Shown in pieces: positions 50,537 to 61,311 of a stretch of DNA of 64,000 bases. The DNA is from Planktothrix sp. GU0601_MAG3 (GTDB taxonomy: Bacteria; Cyanobacteriota; Cyanobacteriia; Cyanobacteriales; Microcoleaceae). Position 1 is the stretch's first letter. The number at the start of each line of letters is the position of its first letter. The notes beneath the pieces were generated by a model that was not told where the DNA came from, did not search any database, and saw nothing but the letters and a program-made list of their open reading frames with translations. The stretch covers positions 64,001 through 128,000 of the forward strand of contig CP136572.1 of assembly GCA_035193785.1 (NCBI GenBank). Direction: 5' to 3'. Made by a program: the position numbers and the translations under genes.

Positions 50537-50552
50537 TGTGATCCGATTAACA
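50537..50552. promoter_or_regulatory. CRP-like box TGTGA-N6-TAACA
   Basis: 9/10 match, ~210 bp upstream of the REC-GGDEF-EAL gene. Confidence 0.45.
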
Positions 50553-50579
50553 TTTGTCTAAGGGTTTATCAAAACAATA

Positions 50580-52191
50580 TTAATCGGGAAGGCAGACTTC
50601 TGACTGCTCTTTTTTCTGCTCTTGCTGTTGAATTTTAGGTAACTTGAAAAGTACACCAACTAAAAACCAATAATAAACCGCCACCGGATCGGTATCCAGA
50701 GGATACCAGTAGGGATTATAGCTGATTAAAACAATAAAAATCCAGAAAATAATTCCATAGCCCCATAGACTATGATCCTGTAGTTGATGATAGGATTTAA
50801 ACCCTAAAACCGTAATATTAGTTACTAAAAACAGGAAAGCAGCCACTCCAAATGGCCCAATTTCATAGAACAATTTAGGATAATAGGCTTCAATCAATTG
50901 GGTTTTTCCTAACCCTCGGGCTGAAGTTGTGGCTTCCCCTAAACCATTACCTAAAAAGCCTCGATGGGCCTTCAAACTAAAGTTAGTTTGCTTAGTTAAA
51001 AATACCGCCGGAGGATCGGCATTCCAACGTCCAATAAAGTTATCGACTCGCTCGGTCATAACTTCGGGTACGATAATCCAGGTTTCCCACCATAAACACA
51101 ACCATCCCTAAAACAATCACCAAAATTCGCTTAATTCTGGAAATGTGACTGGTGGCAACCAGCAGTAAAATCACAATCGATGGGGCGGCTAAAAGGGCTG
51201 TTCTTTGACCGGAAACAATGGCATTTAGTATCACTAAAGCTAAGGTGACTAAACCCATTAAACGCCAGCGTAATTTAGGATCACTAAAGGATGTGGCAAA
51301 ACAGAAAAACGTACTGGAAACTAAAAACCAAGCCCAATGCCAGGGGGCAACAAAGGTTCCCGGTAAACGAATAAAATTCTCTGCGGGTAAATAGCCTAAA
51401 GCACCCCCGACCAAACATTTGCGCTGCACATTTGCCCTCAATAATAAATGTTCGGGTAAACCCGTATTATCAGGACAGTATCCGGTAATAACTAATCCAA
51501 ATTGAATTAATCCTAAGACGCAGCAAATTAAGATTACAATTATTTGTAAGCGAGTAAAAAATTCCAGATCTTGACGATGGCGAATTAGATAATAACCACA
51601 GGTGATCAGGGGAATATATCCCATTAAAACCTTTAAGCCAAAGATTCCTACGGCAAAGGGTTGATTATCAGGGGTGGCGTGTTTTTGTAGGACACCATTA
51701 ACCGCAATCAAGGTGATGATCGCAATGACAAATAAAATTAACAGAGGAATTTTAAGTTGTGGGGGATTAATCAGGGGTAACTTTTTTTTCCTTAATTCCA
51801 CAACCAAACCGATTAAGGCGGGAATATATAGCCCATCCTTGGCTAAATGAAATAGAAAATGATCGTTACCTACCCAATAGGAAATCGTCCCGGCAAAGGG
51901 TAAATAAATTAAAAATGCCCATAATCCTTGGCGGGGATAGCGCCAACAAAGCGCCACGATGATCACCAGCAAAGTGATCAGAATGACGGTAATTACACTC
52001 AACCCATTGGCGAACAGCAACAGTCCGACTAACAATCCTAGGGCGCTGACGATGCCCAAAAACCGCAAAAAATCCGATCTCGTGGGGGAGATATCTTCAC
52101 TCTCAATAACGGGATGGGGGGTATCCTGAACTTCAGAGTCATTCTGACCCTGAAGTGATGATTTTTGCGGGGGGATGTGGAAGTTGGACAT
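50580..52191 (-). CDS. HpsL-like (O-antigen ligase/polymerase-like) polysaccharide membrane protein (apparent frameshift at ~51082)
   Basis: FLIYLPFAGT, IRLPGTFVAPWHWAWFL, LIEAYYPK and YYWF motifs typical of cyanobacterial HpsL homologues. Confidence 0.75.
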
Positions 52192-52205
52192 CAGAATTTA
52201 ATTAA

Positions 52206-52433
52206 TTATTTCCAACCTTCAGAAATTTCGACTTCCCAAAGTTCCTGTACTCGCCGTTGCTGAACAGAGGAAAGTTGTTCAAAGGCTTGCATAATCTCTA
52301 AATGGGTATGATTAATAATCAAAGCTGTCAGTTCACCCACGGTTTCAGCTTGTGATAAAGCTAATTGCAACATTTGAGTTTCCAGAGTTGTCAGGTTCAG
52401 GTTGTTTTCTAAAGTTAAAAGTGTTGTTGCCAT
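52206..52433 (-). CDS. Hypothetical protein (75 aa)
   Basis: ATG ORF packed co-directionally between the MAPEG and HpsL-like genes. Confidence 0.6.
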   Translation of the reverse strand: MATTLLTLENNLNLTTLETQMLQLALSQAETVGELTALIINHTHLEIMQAFEQLSSVQQRRVQELWEVEISEGWK

Positions 52434-52438
52434 CGGAT

Positions 52439-52880
52439 TTAAAACAAAGAATTACAGAATATTGAAACCAGGGGTGATTTTACTGCTGAAATTAGCGAGA
52501 GAACCACTCCAACTATAGCACCACCCAAAAGGGTAAAGGTTACGAGGGAACTAATTCCAAACCCCAACCTCCGCTTTTCTGCTGCTTGGTAATATCCCCA
52601 GGCAAATAAAATTCTTCCAATTACCCAAACTCCCCCTAAACCCCCAGCCCAAATCGGACTAATCCATTCAGAAAATAACCATAAAGTTGGAAGAAATAAA
52701 ACTAATTGTTTCTAGGGTATTTTGTTGGACTCTGACCACCCGCTCAAAATTTTCGTCTCCGGTCATTTGAGGGGGCATAATTTTGTATTTGATTCGGGCA
52801 CGTCCGACATTAATCGTCACGACCAAATACAACACTAGGGCACAAATTGTAACCAAACTGGGCCAAATTGACATGGACAT
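52439..52880 (-). CDS. MAPEG family protein (apparent frameshift at ~52708)
   Basis: VGRARIKY..PP...G...FER..RVQQNTLE, then QLVLFLP...GRILFAWGY after correction. Confidence 0.88.
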
Positions 52881-53054
52881 CTATTTTCTTTGATTCAGTA
52901 CATCAACCTTTCCTATCCTACACCCGATTCCCAACCTCGGGGGTGAGAGGAAGGTCACACAGGTTTGTGATCAAAAATTTAGCCTCCACCCCTCAATTCC
53001 CCTAAACAGCAAGACTTCAATACTGCGGTCTTTGCCACCAGTCCATTGCCTGTT

Positions 53055-53070
53055 TGTGATCTCAATCACC
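53055..53070. promoter_or_regulatory. CRP-like box TGTGA-N6-TCACC
   Basis: 9/10 match, ~150 bp upstream of a GGDEF gene. Confidence 0.5.
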
Positions 53071-53219
53071 TATAAATAGTGCTATCAGTCACATTTGATC
53101 TGACCTGTTCGTCACCTCAAGGGTTTCAAACTATCACAGGTTTATCCAAGCTCTATCACTGCGAGTCAAAACCAAACATTAGATACTTGGGTCAGTCGGA
53201 ACTAACAGATTAGGTCAAA

Positions 53220-54246
53220 ATGCTGAACTTCAATATCCCAGGTTGCATACCCGCCATGAATCAAAGTCAATTAAAGCCCTATATTATTGTTGTGATTGAG
53301 GAAACCAACTTATTCAATTTTAGATCATTTGTTAACTTATTGAACCAACTTAACTTAAATTTTGTGATTTCTCCCGATCCAGAAAGTGCTATTTTTCATG
53401 CTGAATATAGTAATCCTGATATTATTATCATTCCTTTTGACCCTAAGCAAGCTACTGCCCAAGAAACGCATCGACAATTAAAACAGGCAAAAATTACTCA
53501 AAATGTTCCCTTACTGTGGATGAATAGTTATTCGGAAATGAACAACCAAAACCCCAGCTCCTTAGCTACAACTTTTAATGCTTTAAATCCGTTTATAAAT
53601 TTTAAAACTTCCCAGGATAGTTTATCGCCTGATATCACCATTAAAACCCTAAAAAACCAAGTTAAACTTCAGCAGGAATTACTGATCAAGTTACAGGCTG
53701 AAAACCAACAACTTAAGCGTTTAGCTACCCTGGATGATTTAACTCAAGTGGCGAACCGCCGTCAGTTTTATACCTATTTACAAGAACAATGGCAATCCTA
53801 TGAACGGGGTTATCTTTCAATGATTTTATGTGATGTGGATTTTTTTAAGTTTTATAATGATACCTACGGTCATTTGGCTGGGGATTATTGCTTACAAAGA
53901 ATTGCTAATGCCATTGAAAGTGCTGTCAAAAAAGTTAGGGAATCCAAACCCTATTTAGTAGCTCGTTATGGCGGAGAGGAATTTGCAGTTATTTTACCCC
54001 ATGTCGATATCGAAAATGCTCGAAAAATTGCGGAGGAAATTCAACTTCAAATCCGTTCTCTACAAATTCCCCATCTTTCATCCCCGATTAGTTCTGTAGT
54101 TACCAATAGTTTCCGGTGTTGCTTGTGCTATTCCTGGGGATCAATCCCATATCCAAGAGTTGATTAGTGCCGCAGATAAAGCCATGTACCAGGCAAAATT
54201 TCAAGGGCGTGACCAAGTGCGGGTGGCTCCTGAAATTATTGAATAA
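53220..54246 (+). CDS. Diguanylate cyclase with degenerate receiver-like N-terminus (apparent frameshift at ~54109)
   Basis: DDLTQVANRR and RYGGEEF; C-terminal ADKAMYQAK..GRD lies in the shifted frame. Confidence 0.85.
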
Positions 54247-54266
54247 GTGAGGAATGGGGGATGGGT

Positions 54267-54360
54267 AATTACGAATTACGAATTACGAATTACGAATTAC
54301 GAATTACGAATTACGAATTACGAATTACGAATTACGAATTACGAATTACGAATGGGTAAT
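54267..54360. repeat. STRR array (AATTACG)x12 flanked by AATGGGT units
   Basis: Direct count between convergent genes. Confidence 0.95.
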
Positions 54361-54374
54361 GTGCTGACAACTGA

Positions 54375-55826
54375 TTATTGATTACTATTTATGTTTTGAA
54401 TTAAATTCCCCAAAATTTTCATCGCTTGCTCCAGTTGCTCTGACCAAGGCAAACCACAGTTTAAGCGAAAACAATTTCTATAGGCTCCCGATGCCGAAAA
54501 CATCGAACCTGGAGCAATACTAATTTGATGTTGATAGGCTTGTTCATGTAATTCTAAAGCGTCAAAATGGGCGGGCAATTCTACCCACAATACATGACCC
54601 CCCGAAGGACGAGAAACCTTAGTTTCTGGGGGGAAATAATCACAAATTGCCTGGGTTATGCGCATCACTTGTTCATAATAAGCTCGTCTTAATTGGCGCA
54701 AATGTCGTTCATAGCCACCATTGGATAAAAAAGCCGCGATCGCTAACTGATTTACCGTCGCCGTAGCCATATTAGTAAATAGTTTTAATTGTTCGACTTG
54801 AGTTTGATATTGTCCCGCCACTAACCAGCCAACCCGTAATCCTGGGGATAGGGTTTTACTACAGGAAGCACAATATAAAACTAATCCTTTTTGATCAAAG
54901 GCTTTAATCGCTTTCGGGCGGTTTCCTTGAAAACATAAATCCCCATAAACATCATCTTCTACTAGGGGAATATTATATTTTTCTAAGAGTGTAACTAATT
55001 GTTTTTTGTGTAAATCACTCATACAAGTGCCTAAAGGATTACTAAAATTAGACACTAAGGCACAAGCAGCAATTGAACATTTTTTTAAGGCCGTTTCTAA
55101 GGTGTCTAAACAGAGTCCTTCCCGGGGATGGGTTGGTAATTCTAAGGCGCGTAAATTCAGTGAGGCTATGACTTCTAATAATCCATAATAGGAGGGGGAT
55201 TCAATGGCAACGGTATCCCCGGGTTTGGTGATCGCTCGCAAGGATAAATACAGGGCTTCGGTGGTGCCATTGGTAATCAAAATCTGATCCGGTGTGATCG
55301 AACATCCGGCTTCCATTAACCGACGGGCAACTTCATGCCGCAGGGGTTCACAACCGGGCAGGACATCATAGGAATGGCAGCGCTCCGGGTCATTTCTCAA
55401 GGCTTGTCCGATCAAACGGTTGAGGGTAGCTAGGGGAAGCAGGGACGGATCGGCTACTGCGGCCCCGAGTTTAATGATATTCGGTTCCCGCAGGGTGCGA
55501 TTAATGCGGACAGCCAGGGACGTATCAACCTGTAGGGCTCTGTGGGGCGGGGCTGAGGGGTTGGGTTCCTCTCGATGGGATAGCAGGCCTGGACGGACAA
55601 AATAACCGGACTGGGGGCGCACGGCAATTAATCCCCGGTCTTCTAATAGACGATAGGCTTCTAAGACCGTAGAAATACTCACGTTCATCTGTTGGTGCAT
55701 TTTTCGCACGGAGGGAATGCGATCGCCGGTTTGTAAAGTGCCTTCGCTAATTAGGGCTTCTATTCTATGGGCCACCTGTTCATAGAGGTTTGTGCCATTT
55801 TCCGTTTCCAGGGGTCTAACTTTCAT
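54375..55826 (-). CDS. MocR/GntR-family PLP-dependent transcriptional regulator (YdcR/YjiR-like)
   Basis: LYEQVA...GDRIPSVR...STVLEAY wHTH plus aminotransferase domain (EDDVY, SKTLSPGLRVGW). Confidence 0.92.
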   Translation of the reverse strand: MKVRPLETENGTNLYEQVAHRIEALISEGTLQTGDRIPSVRKMHQQMNVSISTVLEAYRLLEDRGLIAVRPQSGYFVRPGLLSHREEPNPSAPPHRALQVDTSLAVRINRTLREPNIIKLGAAVADPSLLPLATLNRLIGQALRNDPERCHSYDVLPGCEPLRHEVARRLMEAGCSITPDQILITNGTTEALYLSLRAITKPGDTVAIESPSYYGLLEVIASLNLRALELPTHPREGLCLDTLETALKKCSIAACALVSNFSNPLGTCMSDLHKKQLVTLLEKYNIPLVEDDVYGDLCFQGNRPKAIKAFDQKGLVLYCASCSKTLSPGLRVGWLVAGQYQTQVEQLKLFTNMATATVNQLAIAAFLSNGGYERHLRQLRRAYYEQVMRITQAICDYFPPETKVSRPSGGHVLWVELPAHFDALELHEQAYQHQISIAPGSMFSASGAYRNCFRLNCGLPWSEQLEQAMKILGNLIQNINSNQ

Positions 55827-55842
55827 TGGCTTGGTCGGGGGG

Positions 55843-55925
55843 TAACAGTTCAGGGTTGACAATAGCATAACAGTTCAGAAAAATAAAACTGTTATGGTTA
55901 GAATTCAGTATAACTGCATCTGTAC
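55843..55925. promoter_or_regulatory. Putative MocR operator: TAACAGTTCAG direct repeat plus inverted AACTGTTA
   Basis: Exact 11-bp repeats at 55843 and 55868; inverted half-site at 55887. Confidence 0.6.
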
Positions 55926-56108
55926 GGGTGAGAGAGAAACCGCAACAATAGGAATAGAAAAAGATTAGTTTTCCCAAGTAGCAATTAAGCAAGGATTGAA
56001 CGGGACAAAATCAGATTTTTTCGGTTGAGGTGTACTGAAACTAAACACCCCGGTTTGTCATCGGTATTTGTTTAATTTTGGGACAACTCACCATCCATTC
56101 TTAGTGAG

Positions 56109-56411
56109 GTGATTCGGATGAAAATGACCAGGAGTTCATCATTGGCGACGCTGCAAACACCTTTTCCTGTATTGCACCGTTATCAATCAAAAGGTTGGGA
56201 TTTTAGCAAAAATATTCTTCATAGCCTCAAAAGTATTACGACAATATTTGTGAATGCCTTCTCCTCACAAACTGAACCTAAAATCTGGCAAAAAAAAGAT
56301 GCTGACGGCAATATAATTTGGCAAACTTATGATCCGGTGACGGGTTATCAAGCCCGGTTTGATACGGAACAAGAAGTTAGAATTTGGTTAGAAAAACGTT
56401 ATAATTTATAA
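56109..56411 (+). CDS. Small hypothetical protein divergent from the MocR regulator
   Basis: Protein-like C-terminus EPKIWQKKD..G...W..YDPVTG....F.TEQEVRIWLEKRY, followed by a hairpin. Confidence 0.7.
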   Translation: MIRMKMTRSSSLATLQTPFPVLHRYQSKGWDFSKNILHSLKSITTIFVNAFSSQTEPKIWQKKDADGNIIWQTYDPVTGYQARFDTEQEVRIWLEKRYNL

Positions 56412-56470
56412 AAAAATAAAACATCTAAATCCGCCTAAAAAGGGGGATTTTTATTGTGATAATTTTAGTG

Positions 56471-56582
56471 ATAGCAAGAGGCAATAGGGAATAGGCAATG
56501 GGCAATCTCGCTATAGTTAAATACTTACTATGAGCAGCTTTTAGCTTTCAAGAATGTCCTAATAAATGTGGCAACTGCTATA
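56471..56582. mobile_element. TATAGC-ended miniature element(s) with STRR core
   Basis: 56471-56515 matches 9017-9055 inverted; right end (rc TATAGCAGTTGCCACATTTATTAGGACA) resembles the left end of the element at 20359. Confidence 0.55.
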
Positions 56583-56606
56583 AACCACAAAGACACAAAG
56601 AAGTAA

Positions 56607-56667
56607 GTAAGGGCGGGTTCTGTTAGATATTTGTTAATTACCTAAATCTCGATCAACCCGCTCCGAC
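56607..56667 (-). repeat. Single REPIN copy, same spacer as the 87-bp tandem array
   Basis: Reverse complement contains ATCGAGATTTAGGTAATTAACAAATATCTAA between GCGGGTT/AACCCGCCC arms. Confidence 0.85.
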
Positions 56668-56684
56668 AAATGCTATAGTTATTT

Positions 56685-57344
56685 TTAAAACCATTCCTCT
56701 ACTTCTTCCCATCCCTGACCTTTTCTAACAATAATAGGTTGATCAGTTGTTAGATCAATAATCGTTGAAACATGATATCCTGGGTCTGAAGTATCATCTA
56801 CAATAATATCGACTAATTTACCTAAACTGTCATACAACCTGGCTTTATCAACTTGATCTTCTATGGGTAAAGCAATTGGAGCTTGACCTTCTTCTTCTGT
56901 GGTAATATGGGCAGAAGTTGAAATAATAGGATTGCCTAAAGTTTTAAGAATGGACAAACAACCTTGATGATTAGGAACCCGAATACCCGTGGTTTTCCGT
57001 TTAGGAGACATGACTAATTTAGGAACTAATTTAGTCGCGGGTAATAGGAAAGTATATGTCCCCGGAACTAATCTTTTAATTAAACGATAGGCGGAGTCAC
57101 TTACAATGGCATAATCGGTAATATTAGACAGGGAAGAACACAGGAAAGTTAGGGGTTTATCGTTGGAAAGTTGTTTAATGCGTCGGACTCGTTCAATGGC
57201 TGACTTAACGGTTAAATCACAACCAATAGCATAGACCGTATCCGTCGGATATAGCATCACCGCCCCATTCTTGAGGTCGTCTTTGATTTTTTCCAGGGTG
57301 CGTTCCTGGGGGTTTTGGGGATGGATTTCGTATAGAATTGCCAT
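56685..57344 (-). CDS. Sua5/YciO/YrdC family (L-threonylcarbamoyladenylate synthase-like)
   Basis: IHPQNPQER, YPTDTVYAIGC, GIRVP and IISTSA motifs. Confidence 0.9.
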   Translation of the reverse strand: MAILYEIHPQNPQERTLEKIKDDLKNGAVMLYPTDTVYAIGCDLTVKSAIERVRRIKQLSNDKPLTFLCSSLSNITDYAIVSDSAYRLIKRLVPGTYTFLLPATKLVPKLVMSPKRKTTGIRVPNHQGCLSILKTLGNPIISTSAHITTEEEGQAPIALPIEDQVDKARLYDSLGKLVDIIVDDTSDPGYHVSTIIDLTTDQPIIVRKGQGWEEVEEWF

Positions 57345-57423
57345 GGTAATATGTTGTATTTTAGAAAACAAATTTTATATTGATTTCAAGACTAGCAGAC
57401 TAACGACAAATTAACGACAAATT

Positions 57424-58687
57424 ATGGCTAAGATTGCTTATTTTCAATGTCCGACGGGAATTTCTGGCGATATGTGTCTGGGAGCATTAGTCCACGCGGG
57501 TGTTCCTCTGGATTATTTAAAAGAAAAGTTAGAGTTACTGGGAATTGGGGCAGAATATGAGTTAAAAGCCGAACCTGTCCGTCGTCAGGGACAGTTAGCT
57601 ACAAAAGTTTCTGTTAATTTAACTCAACAAAACTCTGATCACCATGATCATGAACATCATCATCATTCTAGTGCTACCCGGCATTTATCACAAATTGAAG
57701 CCATTATTCTGCAAGCTAAATTACCTCAACAGGTAGAAATTAGGAGTTTAGCTATTTTTCGCAAGTTAGCCCAAGCGGAAGCGGATGTTCATGGTATTTC
57801 TGTGGAAGAAGTGCATTTTCATGAAGTCGGGGCGACGGATGCAATTGTGGATATTGTCGGGACTTGTTTGGGTTTAGATTGGTTAAATATTGAACAATTT
57901 TACTGTTCGACATTACCGACTGGAGGCGGAACAGTTTGGGCGGCTCATGGTCAATTACCTGTTCCGGCTCCGGCGGTTTTAAAGTTATTTGAAATGGGGA
58001 AAGTTCCGGTTTATAGTAATGGAATTGAACGGGAATTAGTGACACCAACGGGGGCGGCAATTGCGGTTACTTTAGCTCAAGGTTTTGGAGAACCTCCGGC
58101 TTTATCTATTCAAACTATTGGATTAGGTGCGGGTTTCTAGGGATTTACCTATTCCTAATATTTTAAGGCTATGGGTTGGGGAACAAAATCAATCCCCAGA
58201 TTCCGATATTTTTTCAACGGTTAATACGGAAATTCAAACGATTTCAGAAACTATTTTTGTACTACAAACTCAAATTGATGATTTAAGTCCTCAAGTGATT
58301 GCTTATACTTTTGAATTGTTATTTCAAGCGGGGGCTATTGATGTTTTTAGTCAACCGATTACCATGAAAAAATCCCGTTTAGGCGTATTATTAACGATAA
58401 TTTGTCATCCCGAACATCGTCAAGTTTGCGAAGCTATATTATTTCGAGAAACTACAACATTAGGCATTCGTCATACCCTACAAAATCGCAGTATTTTAAA
58501 ACGGGATATTCAAACAGTTGAAACTCAATATGGTGCAGTTAGAGTTAAAGTGGGTTTTTCAGGTAAAAAAATCACCAATGTTCAACCGGAATATGAAGAC
58601 TGTGCAAAACTCGCTAAACAGCATAAAGTTAGTTGGTTAGAAGTTCATAGATTAGCATTACAAAGTTGGTATGGTTTACCTGGGTAA
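57424..58687 (+). CDS. larC: Nickel-pincer cofactor biosynthesis protein LarC (apparent frameshift at ~58133)
   Basis: [11 protein letters not shown], His-rich stretch, [21 protein letters not shown] and PEYEDC motifs. Confidence 0.93.
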
Positions 58688-58733
58688 TTATGAATTACGA
58701 ATTACGAATTACGAATTACGAATGGGTAATGGG
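58686..58733. repeat. STRR array (AATTACG)x4 plus AATGGGT
   Basis: Direct reading immediately after the larC stop. Confidence 0.9.
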
Positions 58734-58740
58734 CTTTTTT

Positions 58741-59006
58741 AGTTATCAATTATCATTTGTAGGGGCGGGTTTATCGAGATTTAGGTAATTAACAAATATC
58801 TAAAATAACTCGCCCTTAACAGAAATTAGTTATCAATTATCATTTGTAGGGGCGGGTTTATCGGGATTTAGGTAATTAACAAATATCTAAAATAACTCGC
58901 CCTTAACGGAAATTAGTTATCAATTATCATTTGTAGGGGCGGGTTTATCGGGATTTGGGTAATTAACAAATATCTAAAATAACCCGCCCTTACCAAAAAT
59001 TAGTTA
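58741..59006. repeat. Three tandem 87-bp units, each containing a REPIN
   Basis: Units start at 58741, 58828 and 58915; each has GTAGGGGCGGGTT-spacer-AACT/CCGCCCT with near-identical spacers. Confidence 0.92.
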
Positions 59007-59169
59007 TTAGTTCTGAAATTCAGAAAAAATTACCAAAATGAAGCATAATTTTATCATACAAATCAGTTCGCTTAATTATCTGGCTGGGAATCTATAAAAG
59101 AATATTAAGAAATTAGACTTAACTTCTATTGCTATTTATAATAGAGTTAGGATTGGAGATCAAAAAAAT

Positions 59170-59952
59170 ATGAATTATTTCTTTAGCTCTTTTTTTATTC
59201 TACTAGCTTATTTGATCATCACCGGGTTTAAATTAGATCGAGAATATCAAAGGGGTGTGGTTTTTAGATTAGGACGAATTCAATCTGTTAAAGGGCCGGG
59301 TTTATATTGGATTATTCCGATATTTGATCAAAAAGTTCAAGTGGATATTAGAACCAAAACCGTTGATATTGAACCGCAAGAAACGATTACATCTGATAGT
59401 GTAACTATTCGAGTCAATGCTGTTCTTTATTACCGTTTAATTGATCCTTCTAAGGCAATTGTTAAGGTAGAAAGTTATGAAAAAGCAGTTTATCAAGCCG
59501 CCTTAACAACCCTGCGAAATGTCATTGGTCAAAGTAGTCTTGATGATGTTTTACAAAATCGAGATAAAATTAATCAGAAAATTCAAGAACTCGTGGATGA
59601 AATGACTGAATCCTGGGGAGTTGTGATTGAAAGAGTAGAAATGAAAGATGTGGAAATTCCTACTTCTATGCAACGAGCTATGGCAAAAGTAGCCGAAGCA
59701 CTTCGAGAAAAACGTTCCCGTTTAATTAAAGCAGAAGCGGAACAAGAAGCCTCAATTAAGTTAGCAGAAGCCTCTCAATTAATTATGGCAAACCCCGCCG
59801 CCTTGGAGTTAAGACGGTTACAAATGCTATCGGAAATTGGGATAGAAAATAACACCACAACTATTGTGGTGCTTCCCTCGGATTTATTGCCTTTTGTTCA
59901 AAATTTGAGTGTTCCACCCCAACAAAAACCCCCTCTACCCCCGAAAGTATAA
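59170..59952 (+). CDS. Stomatin/slipin (SPFH) family protein
   Basis: EYQRGVVFRLGR, TTLRNVIG, VEMKDV and ALELRRLQ motifs. Confidence 0.93.
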   Translation: MNYFFSSFFILLAYLIITGFKLDREYQRGVVFRLGRIQSVKGPGLYWIIPIFDQKVQVDIRTKTVDIEPQETITSDSVTIRVNAVLYYRLIDPSKAIVKVESYEKAVYQAALTTLRNVIGQSSLDDVLQNRDKINQKIQELVDEMTESWGVVIERVEMKDVEIPTSMQRAMAKVAEALREKRSRLIKAEAEQEASIKLAEASQLIMANPAALELRRLQMLSEIGIENNTTTIVVLPSDLLPFVQNLSVPPQQKPPLPPKV

Positions 59953-59958
59953 TCCCAA

Positions 59959-60016
59959 GTAGGGGGTCTAGTCTTCAACTTTGACCCTATTGAGGGTTTG
60001 GTTTCTAAACCCCTAC
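59959..60016. repeat. GTAG-bounded REP-like element
   Basis: GTAGGGGGTCTAG...CTAAACCCCTAC inverted ends. Confidence 0.55.
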
Positions 60017-60090
60017 AGCGATATTAATATGCAAAGTAACCCTTTTAATATTAAGCTATAGGTTTAGATGTTGTTTATTTAATCACCGTC

Positions 60091-60619
60091 ATGGACTTCT
60101 CATTATCAACAGCAGAATTGCTCAACTTTTCTAAATGGATAGGAATTGCCACTTTAGTTCTTACTGTAATTACTGTCTTATCATTTATTTTTAAATGGGG
60201 AATTAGGTTTAGGTTAGTAGGAATTACAGCTTTTACAGGGGTTCTAACGGGTGGAGTTTTTGGTCTAGGCTTGGGTTTATTTCATCATGTTCAAATTCCT
60301 GGGGCGGCGCGTTATGCTCGGGTCTTTGATGATGGAGGTAGACAGATTGTGATTTCTGTTTCACCTAATATTACCAAAACTGAATTAGATGCTACCTTGC
60401 GTCAAGCGGCGTCGGATTTATATTCTTCTGGACGGGGGGGACAATTTCAAGCCCCGCTCCTAGTTCGCGCCAGAAACCCTTGTTCACCCCGATGCTAACG
60501 TTTCTCAACCCCTCTATTTAGGTCAAGTTAAACGTTCTGTGACTGAACAAGAAAATGAAAACTTAGATATTCAGATATCCGAGAAAAATCTCGCTCGTTT
60601 AAAACAATTTCAGTCTTAG
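60091..60619 (+). CDS. ycf51: Ycf51 family protein (apparent frameshift at ~60473)
   Basis: WGIRFRLVGITAF and ATLRQAASDLYS.GR; corrected RARTLVHP...SQPLYLGQVKR. Confidence 0.88.
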
Positions 60620-61276
60620 TTTTTGGGTTTTTGAACAATTAAATGGGTAGGTTGATAGTCGAGAATAAAAGTTGTCATAATCTCGCGTTCTTCTATTGTA
60701 GGTGTAGCTAAACATCCTGATGTTCCGGTTTCTGAAACAGATGAAAAAGCCGAGGGGTCATAATGTACACCTAACCCCACCCTTTCTGTGGGAAAAGTTG
60801 GTGTAATTGCTGACCAAACCCCACCAAATTCTCCGGGTGCATCTTCAACGATACCCGGAGCATCAAAGGTATAAATCCCAAAGGGTAATGGGGTTTGAGT
60901 TCCCGATATATCGCAGGGAATTTGATTACCAATACGACCGGAAACACAGCGCACGGTATTAATAATTGTACCCGTATTATCTACTAATTGGGTTTGATAA
61001 ACTTGTAAACCCCCTCCAATTTGTTCCTCGGTTTGTGTGGATATAATTTTAGCACCCGGAATGGCTAAAATTTCGGCATCAATCAGCGTTAAGTATTTCG
61101 CAGCTACCCAACGATTTATTCCAATGGGTGTCCAAATTTCCTCCTCAATATTAACAGAATCCCCACTAATTTCGACCTGGGTTTCCATCGTTCAAAACAT
61201 CAACAATTTCACCGTTGGGCGTCGCACGGACATTCAGGGTATCGCCGGGAGTATTAACAATAGCTGTAGGAGTCAT
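60616..61276 (-). CDS. SH3b-domain protein with C-terminal L,D-transpeptidase-like domain (apparent frameshift at ~61181)
   Basis: Corrected N-terminus MTPTAIVNTPGDTLNVRATPNGEIV...WVAAKYL; C-terminal GLGVHYD...GTSGCLA. Confidence 0.6.
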
Positions 61277-61311
61277 ATTAGTATTTGCAAGTCTATTGAT
61301 TCTATTTTATC

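Noticed and set aside
58120..58145. Programmed ribosomal frameshift in larC (known for Lactobacillus larC1/larC2); G GGT TTC looks like a slippery heptamer
   Set aside because: The downstream ORF is in the +1 frame, not -1, and the site is the same GTTTC insertion seen in 22 other genes.
58741..59006. Possible CRISPR array
   Set aside because: Units are near-identical along their whole length (no unique spacers), have REP-type arms, and no cas genes are nearby.
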